Shown here piece by piece: positions 33,248-40,118 of a DNA stretch of 40,118 nt. The notes beneath the pieces were generated by a model, which made no database searches, was not told the DNA's origin, and saw nothing but the letters and a program-made list of their open reading frames with translations. Location: IMG/VR virus record IMGVR_UViG_3300020570_000016, positions 1 through 40,118 of that record. One strand, 5' to 3'. This DNA is from a virus. Its lineage: Duplodnaviria; Caudoviricetes. A program made the translations under genes and the position numbers. Within the stretch, counting starts at the first letter, position 1; each line of letters opens with the position of its first letter.

Positions 33248-33284
33248 CGGCTTCTCCGAAATTTTGTGTTTGGCCATGTCCGTA

Positions 33285-33334
33285 ACTTTACAGCGGCAAA
33301 AAGTCTTGTGCAAGTCTTTTTTGTCGGCTACACT
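33285..33334. promoter_or_regulatory. overlapping divergent sigma70 promoters
   Basis: Plus strand: TTGTGC(33306-11)-17-TACACT(33329-34). Minus strand: TTGCAC(33313-08)-17-TAAAGT(33290-85). Confidence 0.6.
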
Positions 33335-33365
33335 GCGGACCTCATCACTTCACTGGAGTTCAATC

Positions 33366-33653
33366 ATGGAAGACAAAAGCGGGCCGGCGTTTCCGTGTCA
33401 CAACGACTCGGCGCTAGAGTACAACTGGATATCGTCTGGCATGACCCTGCGCGACTACTTCGCGGCCAAGGCGATGCAATCAATAATCCAAGCGAGGACT
33501 ACGGTAAACGGGGAATTTGAGACCTCTTTTGCTACGGTGGTCGATTGCGGTCTTGGACACCCCATATATGAAGGGGTTACGTGGGCTGACGATGTTGCCG
33601 GGGACGCTTACTTCATGGCCGACGCCATGCTGAAAGCGAGGAACGAGTGCTGA
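33366..33653 (+). CDS. conserved phage protein with GPAFP / GMTLRDYFAAKAMQ motifs
   Basis: GGAG SD, ATG at 33366; AY.MADAMLKAR C-terminus. Confidence 0.85.
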   Translation: MEDKSGPAFPCHNDSALEYNWISSGMTLRDYFAAKAMQSIIQARTTVNGEFETSFATVVDCGLGHPIYEGVTWADDVAGDAYFMADAMLKARNEC

Positions 33654-33669
33654 AAGCGAGGAACGAGTG
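33628..33669 (+). repeat. perfect 20-bp tandem duplication TGCTGAAAGCGAGGAACGAG x2
   Basis: 33628-33647 and 33648-33667, followed by TG. Confidence 0.95.
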
Positions 33670-34785
33670 ATGCAACACAGTAAAGTAGTCGGCGGTTCCT
33701 CCGCCAAGCGCGTCATCAACTGCCCAGGCAGCGTGGCGCTCGTTGCCAAGATGCCGCCGCAGGCGTCGTCCAAGTACGCCGAGGAGGGCACGCTCCTTCA
33801 CGGCTGCATGGAGGACCTGCTGGCCGACGGCGAGATGGGCGACATCATCGCTAAGCACAACCTGTCGCCCGAGCAGGCCGAGAAGCTGCAGTTCTGCCTT
33901 GACGCGCTCGACCAGATCGACCCCGAGCAGACGATGCAGTTTGTGCAGGAGGTCGAGGTCGAGTTTGAGGGCGTCAAGGTGCTGGAAGGCGTTTTCGGCA
34001 ACGCCGACCTGATCGGGCGCGTGGGTGACCGCGCTGTCGTGCTGGACTGGAAGTTCGGCGACGGCGTGATGGTCGAGGCCGAGGAGTCCGAGCAGGGGCT
34101 GTTCTACGCCGCGGCGGCTCTCAAGACCAGCAAGGTGCAGTGGGCCTTTGACGGCGCGACTGAGGTCGAGATCGTGATCGTCCAGCCGCCCCATGTGCGC
34201 CGCTGGGTGACGACGTTCAAGCGCGTGCATGAGTTTGAGCGTGAACTGGTCGTGGCCGTGCAAGCCGCCAAGCGGCCCGACGCGCCCGTCGTCATCGGCG
34301 ACCACTGCCGCTGGTGTACTGCCAAGCCGATCTGCCCGCAAGTCAGTGGTGCGGTGGACCGCGTAACCCACACGGCGCTGGCCACGGTGGACCCCGAGGC
34401 GCTGGGCCAGGCGCTGGCGCTGGCCGAGCGGCTGGAGGACTTCATCGCTGACGCTCGCAAGCTGGCGCAGGAGCGGCTGGAGAAGGGCATGCCCGTGCCG
34501 GGTTATAAACTGGTGCCCAAGCGGGCGACCCGGCAGTGGGTCGACGACAAGGCGATGCACGTTTTGTGGCTCAACGCCGGCATCTGCCCCACTGTCTACC
34601 AAGAAATCAAATTGCGCAGTCCTGCTCAGATGGAGAAGGTCTGCAAGGAGCACGGCGTGGAGTTCCCGGCCAATCAGGTCGTGAGCGTCTCGTCAGGCAA
34701 CACCCTCGCACCGGAGAGCGATCCCCGGCCCGCGGCGGTGCTTATCGGGCAGCAACTCGTTGCTGCTCTCTCGAAAATCAAGTGA
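33670..34785 (+). CDS. DUF2800-family Cas4/RecB-like PD-(D/E)XK exonuclease
   Basis: GGSSAKR..NCPGS, EGTLLH, FGNAD, VLDWKFG, HCRWC.AK.ICP. Confidence 0.88.
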   Translation: MQHSKVVGGSSAKRVINCPGSVALVAKMPPQASSKYAEEGTLLHGCMEDLLADGEMGDIIAKHNLSPEQAEKLQFCLDALDQIDPEQTMQFVQEVEVEFEGVKVLEGVFGNADLIGRVGDRAVVLDWKFGDGVMVEAEESEQGLFYAAAALKTSKVQWAFDGATEVEIVIVQPPHVRRWVTTFKRVHEFERELVVAVQAAKRPDAPVVIGDHCRWCTAKPICPQVSGAVDRVTHTALATVDPEALGQALALAERLEDFIADARKLAQERLEKGMPVPGYKLVPKRATRQWVDDKAMHVLWLNAGICPTVYQEIKLRSPAQMEKVCKEHGVEFPANQVVSVSSGNTLAPESDPRPAAVLIGQQLVAALSKIK

Positions 34786-34796
34786 AAGGTTCAATC

Positions 34797-35444
34797 GTGT
34801 CCAATATCGTTGCGTTCTCTCAAGCCGGTCTGCCGGCAGTTTCTTCCCTCTCCACGGCCCTCCGTGCCATCGCACCTGACGTGGGCTCTGCCACCGTCAT
34901 CGTGAAGATGGACAAGACGGGCCACTGGGTGTTCGGCGCGGATCAGACCGAGGTGGAAGACGGCTCCCTGTGGGCCGTCAATCCCTTCAGTTTCGTCCAC
35001 GGCTTCATCGCGTGGGGTGAGGGGGAGGTGCTGGGCGAGAAGATGGTCGGCATCACCCAGCCGCTGCCCGAACTCGACGTGGCGCCCCCCGGCGCCAAGC
35101 GGGGTTGGGAGGCACAGGTGGGGTTCAGCCTGAAGTGCGTCAGCGGCGAAGACGCCGGCATGGAGGCGCGGTATACCGTGACTTCTGTCGGCGGCAAGCG
35201 CGCAGTGCAGACGCTGGCGGTCGAGATCGCCACGCAAGTGGAGAAGGACCAGACCAAGCCGGTGCCGGTGATCGTTCTTGGGAAGGATCACTACCAGCAC
35301 AAGTCCTACGGGCGCGTCTACACGCCCGAGTTCAAGGTGCAGCACTGGGTCGGCATGGACGGCGCGGCTGACGAAGCCACCGAGCCTGCCGAGGCGCCCG
35401 CCGCCGAGCCGGCACCGACTGGCCGTCGTCGTCGCGCGGCCTAA
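34797..35444 (+). CDS. putative single-stranded DNA-binding protein
   Basis: GTG start after AAAGG; lies between the DUF2800 nuclease and the polymerase; aromatic beta core and acidic tail. Confidence 0.6.
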   Translation: MSNIVAFSQAGLPAVSSLSTALRAIAPDVGSATVIVKMDKTGHWVFGADQTEVEDGSLWAVNPFSFVHGFIAWGEGEVLGEKMVGITQPLPELDVAPPGAKRGWEAQVGFSLKCVSGEDAGMEARYTVTSVGGKRAVQTLAVEIATQVEKDQTKPVPVIVLGKDHYQHKSYGRVYTPEFKVQHWVGMDGAADEATEPAEAPAAEPAPTGRRRRAA

Positions 35445-35456
35445 CCAAGAGAGGGG

Positions 35457-35483
35457 GCCGGGGCCGAAAGGCTCCGGCTTTTT
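35457..35483 (+). terminator. Rho-independent terminator with GAAA tetraloop
   Basis: GCCGGGGCC-GAAA-GGCTCCGGC-TTTTT. Confidence 0.85.
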
Positions 35484-35486
35484 GCT

Positions 35487-35870
35487 ATGGTTGACACCAA
35501 AACCGCGCATGAGCGCGTTATCTGCGCGTTTTTAGATGAGCATCCGAATTGGCGGCGTAACGGGCTTCGTAAGGCGGTTAACGCGGTCATGGAACATGAT
35601 GAAGACATGCTGGATCGACCGCTTGGGTTCGTGCCGGATGCTTTTTTAATTGACGCTGGCGCGAAGCGCGTTCGGCTGTTAGAAGTGGACGGTCACAGCG
35701 CGCTGACGCCGCATAAACTGGATTTGCTGAAGAATCTTTGGTGGCATTTGGACGGGTGCGGTTGGTTCTTGGATTTGACCACCATCCATTTGTTTACTGG
35801 CGCGAAAAGTTTTATGGACGACGGCGATTTTGTGCGCTTGTGCGTGCGAGGCGAACATGCTGTGGGTTGA
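35487..35870 (+). CDS. putative PD-(D/E)XK / Vsr-like endonuclease
   Basis: GFVPDAFL...RLLEVDGHS motif; lower GC than flanks. Confidence 0.55.
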   Translation: MVDTKTAHERVICAFLDEHPNWRRNGLRKAVNAVMEHDEDMLDRPLGFVPDAFLIDAGAKRVRLLEVDGHSALTPHKLDLLKNLWWHLDGCGWFLDLTTIHLFTGAKSFMDDGDFVRLCVRGEHAVG

Positions 35871-37851
35871 CTTCGAAACCCGCAGCGCCTGCGATCTCAC
35901 GGTGGCAGGGGCTTACAACTACGCGCAGGACGCCAGCACAGAAGTGCTGTGCATGGCGTATGCGCATGACGACGAGGAGGTGCAGGTCTGGACACCAGAC
36001 CAGCCGTTTCCACAGAAAGTTTTGACGGCAATTCTTTCTGGTGTACAGATCCGCGCCCACAACGCGGCGTTTGAGCGGCTGATCTGGACGTATGTGCTGT
36101 GGTCAGACCACAACGCGCCCGTGCCGGCGCTGGAGCAGTTCTATTGCACCGCTGCGCAGGCCCGCTCCAACTGCGCGCCGGGTTCGCTGGAGGACGTGGG
36201 GCGGTTTGCCGGCGCCAGTATGCGCAAGGATCACAAGGGCGCTGCGCTGGTGCGCAAGTGCTGCATCCCGCCGTTCAAGCACACGCCCCAAGACCTGGCC
36301 GACCTGTTCGACTACTGCGCTCAGGACGTGCGTGCGATGCGGGCCATCAGCAAGGCCCTGCGCCCGCTGTCTGCCGAGGAACTGGCCGACTACTGGACAA
36401 ACGAGCGCATCAACGACCGTGGCGTGCTGGTGGACGTAGACCTGGCCAAGGCCGCGCAGACGTACGCTGTGGAGGAACTCGACGCCATCCAGCAGGAGGT
36501 GCGCGAGGTGACGGACGGCGAGATCACATCGGTGCGCTCGCCCCGCATGCGCGAGTGGGTGTGGGCGCGGGTCGGCCCCGAGGCGCGCCGTTTGATGACG
36601 GTCCACAAAGACGGAGAAGAAAAGCAGTCCATCGACAAAACCGTCCGTGCCGCGCTGCTGATCCTAGCAGAGGAGAACCCCGATGAAGTACCCCCTGACG
36701 CGGCGACCGTCATCCAGTGCGCAGATGACCTCTGGGCCTCATCGGTCGCCAAGTTCGTCCGTATGGCCAACCTTGCGGATGTCGAGGATCACCGTGTGCG
36801 TGGCGCGTTCGTGTTCGCTGGCGGTGCTGCCACAGGCCGGGCGTCCAGCTACGGCCTGCAGGTCCACAATTTCGCCCGCAAAGTCGCCAAAGATCCGCAG
36901 GCCGTCCGTCATGCGATGTGCCGTGGACATCAGATCGTTCCTGCGTTCGGCAAGCGGGTCACCGACGTCTTAAAGGGGATGCTGCGCCCGGCGTTGATCC
37001 CGGCAGCGGGTAAACAGTTCGTCGTCGCTGACTGGTCGGCCATTGAAGGCCGCGTGAACCCGTGGCTGGCCGCAACGCCTGCGGGGGACACCAAGCTGGA
37101 GGCGTTCCGTCGCGGGCTGGACGCCTATATCGTCAACGCTGCCGCGACGTTCGGCGTCACATACGACGCCATATTGGCCGGTTACGAGGCCGAGGACGCG
37201 GTGTCCACCGGGCAGCGCCAGATCGGCAAGGTGCAAGAGCTTGCCTGCGGGTTTGGGGGTGGCGTGGGCGCGTTTGCTGCGATGGGGCGCGTGTACAACG
37301 TGAACCTGCCCGAGCATGAGGCCAAGCGCATGGTCAACGCCTGGCGCAAGGCGAACCCGTGGGCGCCGTTGTTCTGGTCGGATCTTGAGCGGGCCTACAT
37401 GGGTGCCATGCGGCGCAAGGGTCAGGCGGTGCCGGCAGGGCGAGTGTCCTACCTGTTTGATGGGGCTCATCTCTGGTACGCGCTGCCATCTGGGCGCATA
37501 CTCTGCTACCCCCACGCACGACTCGACGCCGATGGCATCAGCTACGCCAAAGCCTCTTGGAAACCCGCCGCTGACGCCAAGGAGTGGCCTCGCGCGCGCC
37601 TGTGGCCGGGCCTTGCATGTGAGAACGTCACACAAGCCGCGGCGCATGACATCCTGCGCCATGCGCTGCGGGAACTTGAGCGCGAGGGCGAGGACGTGGT
37701 CCTGCACGTCCACGACGAAATCGTCTGCGAGACGAGCGACCCTGCGCGAACTACCGAACTGATGAAGCGGGTGATGACCAACCCGCCAGCATGGGCGGCG
37801 GGTCTGCCGCTGGGCATCGGCATCAAAACAATGGAGAGATACGGCAAATGA
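35857..37851 (+). CDS. polA: family A DNA polymerase with 3'-5' exonuclease
   Basis: DFET and AHNAAFER exonuclease motifs; motif A ADWSAIEGR; motif B RQIGKVQELACGFG; motif C HVHDE. Confidence 0.95.
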   Translation: MLWVDFETRSACDLTVAGAYNYAQDASTEVLCMAYAHDDEEVQVWTPDQPFPQKVLTAILSGVQIRAHNAAFERLIWTYVLWSDHNAPVPALEQFYCTAAQARSNCAPGSLEDVGRFAGASMRKDHKGAALVRKCCIPPFKHTPQDLADLFDYCAQDVRAMRAISKALRPLSAEELADYWTNERINDRGVLVDVDLAKAAQTYAVEELDAIQQEVREVTDGEITSVRSPRMREWVWARVGPEARRLMTVHKDGEEKQSIDKTVRAALLILAEENPDEVPPDAATVIQCADDLWASSVAKFVRMANLADVEDHRVRGAFVFAGGAATGRASSYGLQVHNFARKVAKDPQAVRHAMCRGHQIVPAFGKRVTDVLKGMLRPALIPAAGKQFVVADWSAIEGRVNPWLAATPAGDTKLEAFRRGLDAYIVNAAATFGVTYDAILAGYEAEDAVSTGQRQIGKVQELACGFGGGVGAFAAMGRVYNVNLPEHEAKRMVNAWRKANPWAPLFWSDLERAYMGAMRRKGQAVPAGRVSYLFDGAHLWYALPSGRILCYPHARLDADGISYAKASWKPAADAKEWPRARLWPGLACENVTQAAAHDILRHALRELEREGEDVVLHVHDEIVCETSDPARTTELMKRVMTNPPAWAAGLPLGIGIKTMERYGK

Positions 37852-40118
37852 CATCACAAGAATTCATTGAGTACCTCGCCGCGCTCGCGCCTGCTGGCGA
37901 GACGGCGCTCATCGTGCGGCAGACGCCGCGCCTGGTGAACGGGGAAATGCAGTTCCACGCGAACGGCGCGATCAAAGCAAGCTGGCCGGCGTACCTGCCC
38001 ACGCGGCGGATCAAGGAGGGCGAGGCGTGGTTCGGTAACACCGCCTCGTTCATCGTCGACCGCTTCATTGACGGCAAACCCAGCGCCAGCGCCGCCAACT
38101 GCGAGTACGTTCTGGTGATGATGCTGGACGACGTGGGCACCAAGAGCAAGACGCCCCCGCTGGCCCCGACGTGGATCATGGAGACGTCAGCGGGGAACTT
38201 CCAGTGGGGCTACGTCTTCAGTGACCAACCCACCAAGCTGGAGTTCGCCGGGGCCATCAACGCCATCGCCGCAGCAGGCTACACCGACGCCGGGGCCTGC
38301 AACCCCGTCAGAAACTTCCGACTGCCTGGCTCGGTCAACTTCAAGCCCGGTAAGGATGCGTTCGCCTCGCGCCTGGTAGAGTTCACGCCCGGGCGCGAGT
38401 ACACGCTGGCCGAGATCTGCGCCGGCCTGGGCGTCACGCCCGAGGTGGTGGAGTCGTTGGGGCCGCGCCCGGTGCGCCTGTCCGACGACGGGGCCGACGA
38501 TGTGGCCACTTGGTTGTCCGAGCAGGGGCTGGTGCTGTCGCGCCCGAACACCGAGGGCTGGATGGGGGTCGTGTGCCCCAACGCTGACCAGCACACCGAC
38601 GGCAACCCCGAGGGCCGTTACCTGCCCAGCGGGCGGGCGTTCTGCTGCCTGCACTCGCACTGCATCGACCTCGACAGCGCCTGGTTCCTTGAGTGGGTGG
38701 CCGAGCGGGGCGGGCCGAAGCACACGCCTGGCCTGCGGGACGAACTCCTCCAGCAGGCGATGCTGCAGACCATCGGGCGGCTGACGCCCACGCCCGAGCT
38801 GGCCGGTGCGGTGGCCGAGGTGATGGCCGAGGTGGACCGGGCCGAGGCCGCGCGGACTGACAAAGCCGACTGGTGGCACCGTTTCGCGTACGTGGTGTCC
38901 GATGATGCCTACTTCGACATGCGCGAGAGACGCCAGTTCACGAGAACCAATTTCAACGCCCTGTTCCGCCATGTGTCCTGCCGCAGCATCCACGGCAAGA
39001 ACCCCAAAATCGAAGCGTCGATCTGCTTTGACGAGCACCGGCAGACCAAGGGCGGGCGGGTGCTGGACGGTATCGCCTACAGCGCGGGCGATGACGTGCT
39101 GGTGGCCCGTGCTGGTGGCGTGTACGGCAACAAATGGCGCGACGGGCGCCCGGCAGTCGCTGGGGGTGCCTCGGACGCCGCGGTGCGTCCGTGGCTGGAC
39201 CACGCCGAGCGGATGATTCCCGACGCCGCCGAGCGTGAGCATGTCCTGAACATCATGGCGTTCAAGGTCCAGCAGCCCAGCATCAAGATCAATCACGGTG
39301 TGCTGCACGCCGGCCGGCCTGGCAGCGGCAAGGATTCGCTGTGGGCACCGTTCCTGTGGGCGGTAGGTGGCGAGGGGAAGACGAACGTTGCGACCGTCCG
39401 GAACGAAGAGATCAATTCCCAGTGGGGCTACGCTTTCGAGTCCGAGGTGCTGGTCCTGAACGAACTGCGCCAGCCCGAGGCCAGCGACCGCCGCGCGCTA
39501 GAGAACCGACTCAAGCCCCTGCTCGCTGCGCCGCCCGAACTGATCTCAATCCAGAGGAAGGGCCTGCACCCCTACGATGCGGCCAACCGGTTGTTGGTCT
39601 TGGCGTTCTCCAACGAGCGTGCCGCCATCTCACTGCCGTCAGATGACCGCCGTTGGTTCGTCCTGTGGTCCGAGGCCGAGATCATGCCCCCCGACGTTGC
39701 CGCGCGGCTGTGGGCCTGGTACGCGGGCGGTGGCCTGGCGTCAGTGGCCGCGTGGCTCCATGCCCGTGACGTGTCCACGTTCCAGCCTGGCGCCGCCCCG
39801 CCCATGACGGAGGCCAAGGCCATCATGCTGCAGGCGGGCCTGAGCGGGTCCGAGGCGTGGTTGGTGGAGCAGATGACGCATCGCGTGGGCCTGTTCGCCC
39901 GTGGCGTAGTCGGTGGCCCGTGGCAGGGGTTTCTGGAGGGCCTGCAGGCCCGTGCACCGGCCCATATCAAGCTGGTAGTCCCTGCCCTGCTGCATGCGTT
40001 CCGTGAGGCCGGATGGGAAGACATGGGGCGGGTTTACTCGGTTGAGCACCCGACGAAGAAGCATGTGTTCCGCGCGCCTGATTGGACGGGGAGCAAGAGC
40101 GAGGCGCGCCGCCTGGTG
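37848..40118 (+). CDS. primase-helicase (RepB-like primase, Zn-binding region, SF3/DUF5906-like helicase), running off the window end and completed by 141-191
   Basis: ATGA overlap with the polymerase; open frame of 757 codons to the end; MLDDVGTK, PTWIMETSAGNFQWGY, CPN...H...FCCLHSHC, Walker A GRPGSGKD; absent from the ORF track. Confidence 0.9.
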   Translation, partial: MTSQEFIEYLAALAPAGETALIVRQTPRLVNGEMQFHANGAIKASWPAYLPTRRIKEGEAWFGNTASFIVDRFIDGKPSASAANCEYVLVMMLDDVGTKSKTPPLAPTWIMETSAGNFQWGYVFSDQPTKLEFAGAINAIAAAGYTDAGACNPVRNFRLPGSVNFKPGKDAFASRLVEFTPGREYTLAEICAGLGVTPEVVESLGPRPVRLSDDGADDVATWLSEQGLVLSRPNTEGWMGVVCPNADQHTDGNPEGRYLPSGRAFCCLHSHCIDLDSAWFLEWVAERGGPKHTPGLRDELLQQAMLQTIGRLTPTPELAGAVAEVMAEVDRAEAARTDKADWWHRFAYVVSDDAYFDMRERRQFTRTNFNALFRHVSCRSIHGKNPKIEASICFDEHRQTKGGRVLDGIAYSAGDDVLVARAGGVYGNKWRDGRPAVAGGASDAAVRPWLDHAERMIPDAAEREHVLNIMAFKVQQPSIKINHGVLHAGRPGSGKDSLWAPFLWAVGGEGKTNVATVRNEEINSQWGYAFESEVLVLNELRQPEASDRRALENRLKPLLAAPPELISIQRKGLHPYDAANRLLVLAFSNERAAISLPSDDRRWFVLWSEAEIMPPDVAARLWAWYAGGGLASVAAWLHARDVSTFQPGAAPPMTEAKAIMLQAGLSGSEAWLVEQMTHRVGLFARGVVGGPWQGFLEGLQARAPAHIKLVVPALLHAFREAGWEDMGRVYSVEHPTKKHVFRAPDWTGSKSEARRLV

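Noticed and set aside
33670-34785. Cas4-like nuclease as part of a CRISPR-Cas system
   Set aside because: No repeat-spacer array or other cas genes; it is the standard DUF2800-type gene in the phage replication module
1-40118. tRNA genes, integrase/att site, stop-codon recoding
   Set aside because: No cloverleaf or recombinase motifs were recognised by eye, and genes are intact under the standard code. A tRNAscan and HMM run would be needed to exclude these fully.

Overview
This window looks like an essentially complete, circularly permuted ~40 kb tailed-phage genome (about 39,978 bp once the end overlap is collapsed). It is GC-rich and podovirus-like, with a probable Proteobacterial host (inference). 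Layout: a leftward array of small accessory/early genes (277-3665); a structured non-coding region (3670-4340, candidate ori/pac); a rightward morphogenesis operon with terS, terL, P22-like portal, a ~7.8 kb block of ferritin-like and fibre/spike-like genes, scaffold, P22-type coat, gp4/gp10-like tail proteins, tail fibre, three ejection proteins and lysis genes (4344-30069); a leftward block of small genes, SNF2 helicase, HNH and VRR-NUC (30005-33247); and a rightward replication block with a Cas4-like DUF2800 nuclease, putative SSB, a PD-(D/E)XK ORF, family A DNA polymerase and a primase-helicase that wraps across the window ends (33366-40118 and 1-191). I saw no integrase, repressor, tRNA, CRISPR array or reverse transcriptase. 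The most interesting signals are a 3.7 kb cassette bounded by a synonymously diverged duplicate of a gene 3' end, an oriented CTAG/TAGG motif cluster around an AT-rich core, shared start-associated repeats in the early array, and an all-synonymous terminal near-repeat. Family assignments come from motif recognition only; no searches were run.
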